From positions 44,516,001 through 44,580,000 of the forward strand of contig OZ024740.1 of the NCBI GenBank assembly GCA_964016885.1: a stretch of 64,000 nucleotides of DNA. The letters run 5' to 3'. The stretch comes from Eledone cirrhosa. Taxonomy: Eukaryota. The notes beneath the pieces were generated by a model. That model did no database searches. It saw only the letters and a program-made list of their open reading frames with translations, and was not told where the DNA came from. Numbering within the stretch: position 1 is the first letter of the stretch; every line of letters begins with the position of its first letter. Made by a program: the position numbers and the translations under genes. Shown here in pieces: positions 1 to 12,294 of this stretch.

Positions 1-428
1 TATCAAAACAAGGAGAAATGGATGTAAGAATGATGGTGTTGTTTTTAAATATAAAATATTCTGATAAGCTGAGTAATATTAGACTTTTTTTTCGTGACTA
101 AAATTTATTACCTGTTCAGCAGTTCTAAAACTAAATTGTTTACATCCATACACACACACACACATACATACAATTATACAAACAATGTGCAAACCCGACT
201 TTTCATCTTTTAATCACTGAGAATATATATGAATATATATGTTTATATGTGTGTGTGTATATATATATATATCATCATCATCAATGTGTGTATATATATA
301 TATCATCATCATCAATGTGTGTATATATATATATATCATCATCATTAATGATACCTTATATATACATGTATAGTATATATATATATAACAGGAGATGAGA
401 TTTTGGCTTTGGTTGATTAACAAGATTA

Positions 429-517
429 ACAAGTCTGATGAACAGATCAGACAGGAGTCAGGTCTATACCATTTATATAGATCCTGAGCCACCCATCTGT
501 GAAATGGTTGTAACTGT
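429..517 (+). ncRNA. Type I hammerhead ribozyme (Penelope pLTR-type), solo copy between TA tracts
   Basis: acaagt-CTGATGA(435-441)-stem II acagat...atctgt with inner tcagg/tctata hairpin-GAAA(501-504)-tggtt-GTA(510-512)-actgt; stem I aca(a)gt/actgt. Confidence 0.7.
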
Positions 518-567
518 ATATAATTAAAAAAACCTCAGTATGAAACCTTGCTTTGTTTTCTATATAT

Positions 568-848
568 ATCATCATCATCATCATCGTTTAACGTCTATCT
601 TCCACACTAGCATGGGTTAGATGAGAGTCGTCCCACTTGAGGCCAGATTGGTCGGGTGACCGTGTCTCGCTCATATAGGACTATCATCATCACCATCATC
701 ATCATCACCATTTTACGTCCGATCTTCCATGCTAGCATGGGTTAGACGGTATCTGGCAGGTTTTCTACGGCTGGATGCCCTTCCTAACACCGAGCACATT
801 TACAGTGTGGACTGGGAGGTTTTTACCATGTTACCTACACGGCCACAT
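568..848 (-). mobile_element. Two stacked RTE LINE 3'-end fragments
   Basis: Reverse complement of the RTE 3' UTR at 47100-47350 (ggatgcccttcctaacacc, catgctagcatgggttaga); each ends in (CAT)n. Confidence 0.75.
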
Positions 849-1087
849 GTGTGTGTGTATAGTTTAATGTTGGTTCACCAAAATGAGCACTCGATGTGTA
901 GTTTCCAGTATGTATTTTGGGTTGTACTAAGCAGAGTGTAGTACTATATATAGATATATTATCAAAATAATTATTATAGCTACATTCAAAATGTATAGTG
1001 AAATCATATAGAGATAGCCATAATATATTTTAAAAAGGTTGAAATTGGGTTATGCCCAGTTCTTTGCAAAGCCATTACAACTTATAA

Positions 1088-1269
1088 TTGTTTCTACTTT
1101 AGGCACAAGGCCAGCAATTACCCAGTGCATTACTGGTACTTTATTTTATCGACCCCGTCAGGATGAAAGGCAAAGTAAACCTCGGCGGGATTTGAACTCA
1201 GACCGTAAAGGGACGTAACTATGCTGGAAAGCATGGCGTCCGACTCTCTACCGAATCTGCCAATCCACC
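1088..1269 (-). mobile_element. tRNA-derived SINE family A (Deu/Nin-like core)
   Basis: Reverse complement has ggtggattggcag...ctgagttcaaatccc (B-box), core tttgcctttcatcc...ggggtcgataaaataaagtaccag, and tail gtagaaacaattat; cttataat flanks both sides as a probable TSD. Confidence 0.85.
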
Positions 1270-1332
1270 TTATAATGCCCTAAAAATATATATTTAAATA
1301 TTTTAAATATTTTATATATTTAAATATTTTAA

Positions 1333-1365
<33 letters not shown>

Positions 1366-1370
1366 TAATT

Positions 1371-1416
<46 letters not shown>

Positions 1417-2299
1417 GTATATATAGTCATATAAGTAGATAGATGGATAATTATATATATATGTGTATATATGTGTTATATATATACATAAAGCTGGTGT
1501 ATATTACTTAAGTTGCAGGGGAGACTACTCGTGAAATAACGACATAATATATATGGATAATCCTCTATGTTGTAGTTAAAGAAGCTATAGATAGCTTTAA
1601 AACTTAATAATATTAGTGAAATAAAGTGTCTTGCTCAGTAACAAGACTCACTATTTAGCCCTAATAAAATGAATATATATGCATATATATATAAGAATTA
1701 CTCTAGCAGCCGAAGTGTATGATAATGTTCTATCTATATCCATATGTATATATGATAGACATAACATTTGTTAAATCATGTTCCAAACACTATCTAAAAT
1801 AATGAGAAACGAAGTCATTTTAATAGATCCCTCCAAATTCTAGATCATATTTGAAAGTTATTTAAAAATCACAGGGGGTATATTTTATTAGAAATTTGGT
1901 AACAAAAAGGATAAAGTTATATTTTGCTTACTAAAAGTGATATTATTAGAATAAGAATTAAATCTTTTTGAACTATATTTTGAAATTTGAAATTGTTTCT
2001 CCTTAATATGTACACTAAATATAAAATAAGTCAATCAAGTAGAAATAACATAAAAGATTTATTTTGCTATCGAATTGCTGTGCATCATAAAAAGCAAATA
2101 AAAGATTAAAAGAATTTGTGCCAAGAAAGGTATATGGTTTTAAAACATTTCTTCAAAAATGGCCCATGATGAGTATGAAATCTACCATGGGTCCCCAAGT
2201 AAAGCCAAGTTGTATTCTAGGAGAGAAAATGGTCAACTCTTTCAATACAGACTTGTTATAATAAGCTCTAGTTCTATGAAACAATAACACCCATTTTAA

Positions 2300-2519
2300 C
2301 CCTTTAGCATTTACATTACTCTATATTTACTATTGTATTTTTGTGGTAAAGACTTTATCTTACATAATATCTCACATCATATCAAATTTATGAGATTCTG
2401 ACATTACTTATTTTGAGAACATTACCTTAACATCAGTATGAGTGGCCAGTTATGGTAAGTTTGAAGAGAGAGAGGTGAGAAAATATTGGTCGGATATGGC
2501 CAGTTTAAATGCTAAAGGG
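2300..2519. mobile_element. piggyBac-type MITE
   Basis: TIRs CCCTTTAGCATTTA/TAAATGCTAAAGGG flanked by TTAA on both sides; same family at 29703-30008. Confidence 0.85.
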
Positions 2520-2534
2520 TTAAATGGTTCTTAT

Positions 2535-2710
2535 TAGAGTATAAAACTTCCAACGCCATGCTTTCAAGCATAGTTACGTCCCTTTACGATCTGAGTTCAA
2601 ATCCTGCCGAGGTTGACTTTGCCTTTCATCCTTACGGGGTCGATAAAATAAAGTACCAGTAATGCACTGGGTAATTGCTGACCTTGTGCCTAAAGTAGAA
2701 ACAATTATTT
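2535..2710 (+). mobile_element. SINE family A
   Basis: ctgagttcaaatcc B-box, core gactttgcctttcatccttacggggtcgataaaataaagtacc, tail gtagaaacaattatt. Confidence 0.85.
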
Positions 2711-3341
2711 AATATAAGAACCATATATCAAGTTACTATCTTAGTAATAAATGACTAATAATCTTAGTAAATCCCTCAAAATTCTTTAACACTTTTATGA
2801 TCATATTTCTAATGAAATATACTGTATTTTAATTAATTTCAAAAATGATTAATTATTTCATTATTAAGATGGTACTTATAACATAACTTAACAAAAGTTA
2901 TGAATATTAATAGGAACATTTCAAAATGGGTGGTTTGATTCATAGAACTAGAGTTGGATTTTGGCAGGGATGCATACAAAATTAAAACATTTGTTGCTGT
3001 TATCATTGTTTTAGTATTTATTATTTTGCTGTTGTATTTTTTTATTTTTTTTATTTTTTGATAGCTATTAATATTCCAACTGCATTTTTATCATTTCTAA
3101 ATTTCTAAGAGTATGTTTGTTGTTCTTAACCTTTAATTTAGTTTTGATAAGGAAATATTAATTTACAAGTGGAGAAACAGTACATATACCACATTGGAGA
3201 GCACTTTAAAGTTTGGCACACTCAGGTAATTTTTTTCCATCACTCAGCTAGAACAGTTAGGAAATAATTCATCTGCTCTGTTAATGCTCAGCAATATAGT
3301 ATTGTGTTGATGCTATTTATAGTAGATCTATAGTAGACTGT

Positions 3342-3992
3342 CAGTGGTTGACTGGTAGAATCGGTAGAGCACTAGACAACATGCTCTGTGGCTTATAGGT
3401 TTTCCCTTTTGTTCTAAGTTCAAATCTTGCCAAAGTTTGACTTTGCCTTTCATCCTTACAGGGCTGATAAAATAAAGTAACAGTAATGTACAAGGGTCGA
3501 TTTAATCAACTTTTCCCTCCCCCAAAATTGTTGGCCTGGTGTCTAAATCAGAAACCATTCTTTATAATAGAAAGGGTGGTGGATTGGCAGTATCGGTAGA
3601 GAGTCGGACGCCATGCTTTGCAGCAAAGAGTTACGGCCTTTATGGTCTGAGTTCAAATCCTGCCGAGGTTAACTTTGCCTTTCATCCTTATGGAGTTGAT
3701 AAAATAAAGTACCAGTAATACACTGGGATAATTGCTGGCCTTGTGCCAAAAGTTGAAACAATTATTTATAATAGATTTATAGTAGACTGTGGGCAGTAAA
3801 TTGGCAGTATCAGTAGAGCATCAGACAAGATGCTTTATGGCATATAATTACATCCCCCTATGTTCAAATACTGCTTAAACTTTTATCCTTATGGAGACGA
3901 TAAAATAAGTACCAGTAGTACACTGGGGTTGATTTAATCAACTCCACCCTTCAAATTGCTAGCCTTATGTTAAAAAATAGAAACAATTATTT
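3342..3992 (+). mobile_element. Three head-to-tail SINE family A copies (about 3342-3560, 3574-3768, 3790-3992)
   Basis: Each has a tRNA-like head (gattggcagtatcggtagag), the shared core and an agaaacaatt-type tail. Confidence 0.8.
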
Positions 3993-4199
3993 ATAGTAGA
4001 TCTTGTATTTCATCTAAATTGATAATAGATATGTAAACTAACCTAATTAAAAGGTTGCTTATTATATGTGTCTGTGTTTATGTGCAACTGGGATACATAT
4101 ATACATACTAATGCATATATTTCTAGTTAGATATATGTATGTGTATATGAATGAATATATGCTTATAAATATGTATGAATATATGTATAGATTGAAGAA

Positions 4200-4390
4200 C
4201 TAAAGCAAAAAAACGAGGTTCAGTGCTAAATAAGTCCATTGTTTTACAATCGTTTCAAAAGGTGACTTGAACCATGATAATAGCGATTGGTCAATATATC
4301 AATATTATCATGGTTCATTTCACCTTTTCAAGTGATTGTAAAACAATGAACTAATTAAGCTTTGAACCTTGTTTATTTGTTTTCATTTCA
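4200..4390. repeat. Old degenerate foldback, probable Penelope-like inverted pLTR relic
   Basis: Arms at about 4211-4281 and 4303-4374 are imperfect reverse complements; the minus strand of the left arm reads GAAACgattGTA (3' half of a hammerhead). Confidence 0.55.
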
Positions 4391-4597
4391 ACTTATATAT
4401 CTGACTCCTTAGTTCACTGAATAGTTAGCAAGATATAAGAAAGCATTCTTTCACAAAAACAGATTTCAATTTGTTTCATGGTGATATTCATATCCACTCT
4501 GAATGGTGATATTCATATCCACATTGAATTCTAATACTGTTATAGAGCCTACATTAACTAGGTCAAATATCAGTAAATATATGTATGTAAGTATATA

Positions 4598-5148
4598 TCA
4601 TCATCATCATCACAATTTAACCACCATTTTCTACACGAGTGTGGGTTAGATGGGTTGTCCTATTTGAGGCAAGTCAGGTCAGATGACCATGTCTTGCTCG
4701 TACAGAACTGATTTTGATTTGGTTTCTACAGCTGGATGCCTTTTCTAACACCAACCATATTTACAGTGAGTACTGGGTGCTTTTTGTCGTGACACCTACT
4801 TTACAGTGTGGGCTAGGTGCTTTTTGCATGGCACCTACATGACCACTTTACAGTATGGGCTGAGTGCTTTTTGATGTGATACCTATTTATATACTCATCA
4901 TCATCATTTAATGTCCATTTTTCCATGATTACATGGGTTAGATGGCTTGTCACGTTATGAGACAAGTCAGGTCTGGAAGCCAAAATGCTCATACTGATTT
5001 GTATTTTGGTGTGGTTTCTATGGCTAGATGCCCTTCCTAGCACCAAACATGTTACAGTGTAGACTGAGTGTTTTTATCATGGCACTGAGACAAACATCTA
5101 ATAGAGTGGACTGGGTGCTTTTTGTCATATCACCAGAACAACCACTTT

Positions 5149-5150
<2 letters not shown>
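4598..5150 (-). mobile_element. Two degenerate RTE 3'-end fragments
   Basis: (CAT)n tails plus ggatgcc...ctaacaccaacc...tttacagtg...ctgggtgctttt motif shared with the RTE 3' UTR. Confidence 0.7.
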
Positions 5151-5196
<46 letters not shown>

Positions 5197-5239
5197 CTTT
5201 ATAAACAAATTCACATATATTCATACATACATACATACA

Positions 5240-5860
5240 TGTTGCCAACTGCGAAAGAATGTCATCTCGCTACTACCTCCCCATGAGACATGATGAGATA
5301 GCTAGAACCATCTGGAACGCACTTCGGAAAACAAAATTAAAAACCAACGAGGAAGAATATATTGAGACAGATGGAACTAAAGAATACTGGTGGAACCTGA
5401 AAATAAAAACTGCCACCAAATTAAAGCACAACTGGCCTGATATTGTTGCTTGGGACCACACATTGAAAATGTGTTCTGTTGTAGAGATCTGCTGCCCACT
5501 TGATGTAAACGTTGTCAGAAAAATACAGGAGAAGGAGGACATCTACGGACCATTGATGAGGAGTTTACAAATCCAGTATCCAAGATACACCTTTAGCTTC
5601 ATACCCATCATTATTGCAGCTACAGGTTATATACCAACCCGCTTGGACCAATGTGTAACTGAACTTGGATTTGCAGACAAAGAGCGCAGATCCCTAATTC
5701 ATAGTCTACAAATGTCTGAGATAGCTGGTACCTTCAAAGTTTGCAAAACATTCTTGCGATTCAAGGGATGACAATTTCTTTTCTTTTACAACCTTGCCAC
5801 CAGGAAGGTGGCCGGTCAAAAATATACTCGAAATTAAGAGAAAGAGAGACATATATTATT
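5240..5860 (+). mobile_element. C-terminal fragment of an RLE-type (R4/Dong-like) non-LTR retrotransposon
   Basis: ORF 5259-5771: RHDEIARTIW...WWN...KHNWPDIVAWD...VVEICCPLD...EKEDIY, matching the RHD and PD-(D/E)xK restriction-like endonuclease layout. Confidence 0.8.
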
Positions 5861-7385
5861 ATCTGGATGATGCTACGTTGGGCAGGCCCATATGGATGGT
5901 CTGCCATGACCTTCAATTGGTGGTTCCTGCTCTGGCGGGAATCCGCCTCCAGGTCAACTCGGTCAAGTCGGAGGTGGTGAATGTCAGCCTCGATGCTGTG
6001 AGCTTTGCAGCCTCAGTCTTGGATGTGCAGTCCATTCTCCGCCAGGTTCAGGTGACCCCCAAAGAGGATGTCCACATCCTCGGGTCACCAATCCACTCGC
6101 CGCCCATCCGCTCCACCATCAGGTCCAGGCTTCAACAGTTCCAGACTCTCACGAGCCGACTGGGCTTGATTGACGGCCACCCAGCTCTCTTTCTGCTGAG
6201 GAACTGCTTCGCCATGCCGAAGCTCCTCTATACACTCCGCAGCGCTCCATGCTACACACAGACATCACCCAGTCATCGCTGACCTCGATACTTGTATCCG
6301 AGCAGCAGCTGAAGGGAAATGCAACGTCAAGTTTGATGACATAGGGTGGCAACAGGCCACTTTACCTGCCAGGTATGGCAGCCTTGGCCTCCGGTCCCCG
6401 ATCTCACTAGGCTTTGCCGGCGTATCTTTCATTGGTAACCTCGTGCCGCATCCTCGTCAGAAGGGTTCTTCAAAACACTACAGAACCCTCTGTGTTCAGA
6501 GAACGTGAGACCGCCTGTGAGACATGGGACCGGCTGGGACTTAGCCCAGTAGATGTCCCTCCTCCTTCTCCCTCCTGTTGATGTCAAGTCCCCCCAACGC
6601 ACTTGGGATGTCGTCCAGTGCAGCTTGGCCTCAGACAGGCTCACGCGCCAGCTCGACCAGCACCGCCTTGCTTGTTTTCGTGCGGCCTCCAAACCCCACA
6701 GTGGTGCCTGGCACCATGCTCTGCCCCTCCTCTCCACTGGCACGCAGCTAGACAACCATAGCCTGCGCATTGGCGTTTCCCTGAGGCTCGGCCTCTGGAT
6801 CTGCCAGCCACACCAATGTTGCTGCGGTTCCACCATGAACTCTTTCAGCGTCCACCCTCTTTCCTGTTGCCACAGTGCCAGCCACCTTCCATGCCATGCT
6901 GCCATTATTAAGTATGGCTTGGACGCTGCAGGCTTCCCTTCCCAGCTCGAGCCGGTGGGGCTGGATCGAGGGGACAGCAAAAGGCCAGATGGCATGACCA
7001 TCTTCCCGTTCCATGGTGGCAAACCCCTCGTTTGGGATGCCACTTGCATCGACACTTTCTGCAGCTGCAACCTGGTGCAGTCTGCGAGTGACCCAAGTTC
7101 TGCTGCATGTCGGGCTGAGGAGGCCAAACTCCTCAAATACCGGTCGCTCTCCGACAGGTTTGCGGTCGTACCCCTGACAGTGGAGACTTCTGGTGTCCTC
7201 GGCCCCAGGGCTACCTCCCTACTCACCACCATAGGTGCTGAACTGGCCAGCCGCAGGTGTAAGCCCCGCAAGTTGGAGTGGCTTTTCCAGCGCGTCTCCC
7301 TTGCCATCCTCTGGGGAAACGCCTTCTCCATTCTGTCCACCGGGGCTGTGGGTGGGCCCCATCGCGTACCATTGTAGTTGTTGTA
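5858..7385 (+). mobile_element. 5'-truncated CRE-clade non-LTR retrotransposon (RT end, Zn knuckle, RLE), with frameshifts and stops
   Basis: YLDDATLG, ALFLLRNCFAMPKLLYTLRSAPC, GAWHHALP, LRIGVSLRLG..CQPH.C.CG, KRPDGMTIFPF..GKPLVWDATC.DT, VET.GVLGP; GC-rich compared with its flanks. Confidence 0.85.
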
Positions 7386-7897
7386 TTCAGATATTAACTC
7401 ATCAATCCCATTAGGTTTTTACTCTATTGTCATCATCATCTTCTTTTTACATCTACTTTTCCATGCTTACTCAGACTAGACAGGTCATTTCCAGACAGGT
7501 GCTTTCCAACCCTTCAGACACATGTATGTATATATGTTTGCATCCATGTCTATATTGGCCATAGCATTAAGACAGTGTTAAGCATAATAGGTATGCTTAA
7601 CTGCTGCTGAGATATCTGTGACATGTCCACAGAACAAACGAGAGAAAAATAATTGTTTCTTTGATACCAAAGCACTTATAAATTTATTGTCTATAATTAT
7701 AGTATATGCTTTCATATACACCCCTTATACATATGTATGTATGTATGTGTTTATATGTTCAAACTTCATGTATAAATTGGTTTCTCTCCAAAAATGAGAT
7801 CAAGTATCCTTTTTAACCTCCCATTTTGGAAAGAGATCAATTTATATATTTACATATAAACTGATATGTTATATTTTATTATATTATATTATATATA

Positions 7898-8088
7898 GGC
7901 AGTGGATTGGCAGTATCGATAGAGGGTCGGACGCCATGCTTTGCAGCAAAGAGATACGTCCCTTTATGGTCTGAGTTCAAATCCCGCCGAGGTTAACTTT
8001 GCCTTTCATCCTTACAGGGTCGATAAAATAGAGTACCAGTAATGTACTGAGTAATTGCTGGCCTAGTGCCAAAAGTAGAAACAATTAT
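7898..8088 (+). mobile_element. SINE family A
   Basis: Full head, core and tail; inserted in a (TTATA)n tract. Confidence 0.9.
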
Positions 8089-8259
8089 ATTATATTATAT
8101 ATATAATATATAATATTATATATATAATATCATTCAAATTTTTAACCAATTTTGAGTCTTTTTCATGGAATGAACATGTAAGATTGTGGTGGACATTGTT
8201 CTATAAAAAGTATTAACAATCTATTGTCAAAGCTCTACCTACTATAATCAAGTTATTTC

Positions 8260-8460
8260 CGTACATGGAAGCTACAAAAAGATTCAATAACAAAAACATT
8301 ACCAGTCTGAGGGAGAAGAAATCTTCAAGTTAATTATAAAAAATATCAAGATTTGAGGTACATGGAGGAAATGAAAAGATTCAACAATAGAAACATTACC
8401 AGTCTGAGGGAGAGGACATCTTGAAGTTCATTATTTAAAAAATCTACTAAGATTGGAGAT
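8260..8460 (+). repeat. Tandem duplication with a unit of about 100 bp
   Basis: tacatgga...aaagattcaa...aaacattaccagtctgagggaga...atctt.aagtt occurs twice in succession. Confidence 0.7.
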
Positions 8461-9010
8461 ACAATATATTGTCAAATATCTACCAACTATAAATAAGATC
8501 TTTGAGTACATAAAGGCTAAGAAAAGATCAACAATACAAACTTTTAGTTTACTTTATTGTTTGTCATCCTTATTTCTTTTGCTTTCCCATAGTCCTTCTC
8601 TTTAATTGCTGTCTCTCTCTTGTTCTTGTTTCTTATTTGTAAGGGGTATTAGATACTTATTCCAGTCTGTCATGGCTTACTAGCTCTATACAGACGTTTA
8701 AATTGATCAGCTTTATAAATAAATAACCCATATGTATATAAATAAATAACTTTATCTGTAAAAGATATTAAGTGCTAAGAATATAAAGTTAATATAATGA
8801 ACTGTGTGTTCATGTGCAGAGATGCTACAAAATAGCTTATAAAATAGGGGGAAGAGCCTTAAAAGATGGAAAAAAAGATGCTGTTGGTTGCTATGAGGAA
8901 TTGAACTCCATATCTCCCAGATAACTGCTTGAAATGTGGCAGATATGGGTTTCAATTCCGTGCATGATCACATCATTCTTTTGATTAACCCCATATGTAT
9001 AGGTATATAT

Positions 9011-9063
9011 GTCTCCTCTGATGATCCTGTGAGTACACAGGTGAATCTCTAAAGTAACAAGAC
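9011..9063 (+). ncRNA. Degenerate hammerhead-like motif
   Basis: gtctcct-CTGATGA-t-cctgtg(agta)cacagg-t-GAAt (GAAA mutated)...GTA-acaagac. Confidence 0.4.
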
Positions 9064-9140
9064 TCATCACAGCCACAACAAACAATACTATTGAATTATG
9101 TGTCAATATTAAATACTTATGCTCACATGGATATATATAT

Positions 9141-9372
9141 GTAATCTGAGTTTTTTTAATATTAATAATAATATTCGATTTGTTAACAATTATGCAAACA
9201 AGCCTCATTTTTAAAGCCATGTCAGTAGAATGAGCTCCTCATTCTTGCTCTGGCTTTAAAAATCAGGCTTGTTTGCATAATTGCAAACAAATCGAATATT
9301 ATTATTAATATTTGAAAAAACTCAGATTACATTTATTGTATTCAGCCATGTAGAGCGAACAATTTTTTTTAT
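9141..9372. mobile_element. Foldback Penelope-like end pair, same family as 17072-17810, truncated downstream of the ribozyme
   Basis: Arms about 9141-9219 and 9251-9330 are inverted; the right arm extends into a tail of about 40 nt (atttattgtattcagccatgtagagcgaa); TA tracts on both sides. Confidence 0.75.
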
Positions 9373-9374
9373 TT

Positions 9375-9424
<50 letters not shown>

Positions 9425-9473
9425 ATAAGGAAAAGCGAAGTAGTTTCAGATGTTCAAGTCCTTTAATAATAAT

Positions 9474-9547
9474 GCTGTGATATATATTTCAATGACGACA
9501 CTGGCCACACTGTTCTGTGTGCGAGTGTCGTGACATCATCAGACAGC
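9474..9547 (-). ncRNA. Type I hammerhead ribozyme (inverted arm)
   Basis: Reverse complement of 10815-10888 with an intact core. Confidence 0.8.
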
Positions 9548-10814
9548 TTGTTACATAATAAGGTTATATTTCCAAGGCAATCCAAATTGAATCGACATGG
9601 GAACGGATGAAGTGCGTGCTTTTGGGTTTTTCATCCGTTCCCCTGTGAGTACCAATTCACCCCCACCGGTCTGCGCAGGTGCATGTCCGACGGAAGTTGA
9701 CCATTAGCTACCGCAGATTTCAACGAAATTTGCTTAGTCAGTTCACCCTCTCAGCCAAACAATGGCCCACCTATCCCTGTACCATAGTTTACTGCTACCC
9801 ATCCCGACTGTAGCAGTCAGCCGAAAGCCAGAGGGGATGGGAGAGTGTTAGTTTTTACAGGTCATAATACTACCTCTCACCAAGCGTTGACAGTACGACT
9901 GACCATCAACTCACAAGGGAAAATAAACTTAATTCTAGGTATCATGGTTTTACATTGGAAGTTAAGAGTGAGAGTTGGACAATCATATGGATCATTTTGC
10001 ATATATGTACTCTGTGTTTTTGCATTTATTCACTATTGGTTCTGTTCTTTTCTTTTGTGTACTTTATGTCTGTTTTTCTTTGGTTTTGTTCCATGTGATG
10101 GAAATTATGACTGTGTACCAGATTGACTAATGCCTTGAACCCTGTAGTTTGCCCTCCGTTATAGTGTACAGCACTGTCGTTCAATATGTGGATAGAGTAA
10201 CTGTGACACTAGAACCCTCTCAGAACTTATTACTTAAACATCTCTCTCCATATTATTTACTCACTTCAATCTATATTTTTTTACTCACCTCAATCCGAAT
10301 TCTCACTTGAAAAATTTTTTAATTTTTTAATTTCTAATTGTTAATTTTTTAATTGTTTAATTTATAATTTCTGATATTTGATTTAGAATTTTAGATTTTT
10401 ATTTCCAACTCTCACTCTTAACTTCCAATGTAAAACCATGATACCTAGAATTAAGTTTATTTTCCCTTGTGAGTTGATGGTCAGTCGTACTGTCAACGCT
10501 TGGTGAGAGGTAGTATTATGACCTGTAAAAACTAACACTCTCCCATCCCCTCTGGCTTTCGGCTGACTGCCACAGTCGGGATGGGTAGCAGTAAACTATG
10601 GTACAGGCATAGGTGGGCCATTGTTTGGCTGAGAGGGTGAACTGACTAAGCGAATTTCGTTGAAATCTGCGGTAGCTAATGGTCAACTTCCTTCGGACAT
10701 GCACCTGCGCAGACCGGTGGGGAACGGATGAAAAACCCAAAAGCACGCACTTCATCCATTCCCATGTCGATTCAATTTGGATTACCTCGGAAACATAACC
10801 TTATTATGTAACAA

Positions 10815-10888
10815 GCTGTCTGATGATATCACGACACTCGCACACAGAACAGTGTGGCCAGTGTCGTCATTGAAATATATATCACAGC
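10815..10888 (+). ncRNA. Type I minimal hammerhead ribozyme
   Basis: gctgt-CTGATGA(10820-26)-stem II acgacact/agtgtcgt-GAAA(10872-75)-tatat-ATC(10881-83)-acagc; self-complementary AUAUAUAU stem III. Confidence 0.85.
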
Positions 10889-11015
10889 ATTATTATTAAA
10901 GGACTTGAACATCTGAAACTACTTCGCTTTTCCTTATTCGATATTTACTCTGTCACTCCTATGTGGAAAAAGTACGTTGAGTGCTTGAATTGAATTGCAT
11001 CAATGTTTACCCTAA

Positions 11016-11048
<33 letters not shown>

Positions 11049-11055
<7 letters not shown>

Positions 11056-12111
11056 GTTTGGAGTTAGAAGGCCAAAACAATGCAGGTATGGATATAGAAT
11101 ATAAATACAAATGCAAAAGATATCGCTGACAATTAGTCTTTTACCTTAAATTTATTTGAATATCCTTAATTTTCGAGATAATATCTCTTCTTCGGAGGGA
11201 AGTAAAGGGGTTAATCCAGTGTTCTAATTAGCTTGCCAAGTCATGCTGACAGGAAATAGAAAAAAATTCCATTCTATTTCTAATGTTAAAGAGTGAAGGT
11301 TAGGTGGATAAAGGGTTGTCTCCCTTTAAAAGGGTTTGGACATGTATGTCTAAGTGTGTGTGGGAGAATACGTGAAGGTGTAAGCATGCGTGTGTGTATG
11401 TGAGTGTGAGAGGATATGTTTATATGTAAATGTGGGGGCTAGATGCTCTATCATATTAAAACTGGTCTATGTGTGTGTATGTGTGTGTGTGTGTGAGAGA
11501 ATAAGCGTGCATGTGTATGTGTGTGTGAGATGGTACGTGGAGGTGTAAGTATGGGGCTAGGTGCTATATCATGTTAAAAATTGGGTGTTGAGTTCTAGCC
11601 TGTTATTGATTGGTGGTTGTGTTTTGTCTATAATAAGTGCTTCTTTAATTCTAAGATTACAGAGGTTTCTTTCCTTAGCTTCTCTCCTAACTATTATATT
11701 TTTGTCGGTGTTTTTGCATTTCACTAGGTGTTTCTTAAATGAGGAAGCATTAGTGTTGAGGTGTTCTTTTATTCTAATGTGAAGAGGTCTGGTGGTGCTA
11801 CCTATGTAGAAATTGCTGCATTTGTCGCACTCTAATCTGTATACGACGTAAGCCTGGTGGCATAGGTCTGTGTCGTCGATGGGGCAGTTGTCTAGCCTGC
11901 AGCAGTTGTCATGTTAGTTCCCTCCGAAGAAGAGATATTATCTCGAAACTTAAGGATATTCAAATAAATTTAAGGTAAAACACTAATTGTCCGCGATATC
12001 TTTTGCATTTGTATTTATATTCTATATCCAAACCTGCATTGCTCTGGCCTTCTAACTCCAAACATTTATACCTCACTACGCAATGCTTCAAGTAAACTAC
12101 AATTTCCTTCA
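11049..12111 (-). mobile_element. 5'-truncated Penelope-like element with inverted pLTR
   Basis: GIY-YIG coding on the minus strand, then a 3' UTR down to about 11049; 11918-12068 is an inverted copy of about 11050-11201 plus tail 12070-12111; both ends lie in (TA)n. Confidence 0.9.
11569..11910 (-). CDS. Penelope-type GIY-YIG endonuclease, C-terminal fragment (not in the ORF track)
   Basis: Manual translation: DNCCRLDNCPIDDTDLCHQAYVVYRLECDKCSNFYIGSTTRPLHIRIKEHLNTNASSFKKHLVKCKN...NLRIKEALIIDKTQPPINNRLELNTQFLT*; VVY-CxxC-YIG-T-R-R-EH...E...N motifs are present. Confidence 0.9.
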   Translation of the reverse strand, partial: DNCCRLDNCPIDDTDLCHQAYVVYRLECDKCSNFYIGSTTRPLHIRIKEHLNTNASSFKKHLVKCKNTDKNIIVRREAKERNLCNLRIKEALIIDKTQPPINNRLELNTQFLT

Positions 12112-12151
12112 TATATATATACTTATATATATATATGTGTGTACATATATA

Positions 12152-12192
<41 letters not shown>

Positions 12193-12294
12193 ACAGACAC
12201 ACACACATATACACATTATGAAATTATGTAACAATAAAGCAAGTCATTGGAATCTGGCCTTCTCATATGTTCATCGAAATATATATATATAGAG

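Larger units (their letters stand above)
9423..11017. mobile_element. Large foldback Penelope-like insertion with a hammerhead in each arm
   Basis: Arms 9423-9979 and 10404-10939 are near-perfect reverse complements around a spacer of about 420 bp; right-arm tail 10940-11017; (TA)n(GA)n on the left and (TA)n on the right. Confidence 0.8.

Noticed and set aside
6429-7340. 303-aa minus-strand ORF, plus antisense ORFs at 15495-16613 and 45946-46761
   Set aside because: Shadow frames of the CRE and RTE ORFs with no independent motifs.
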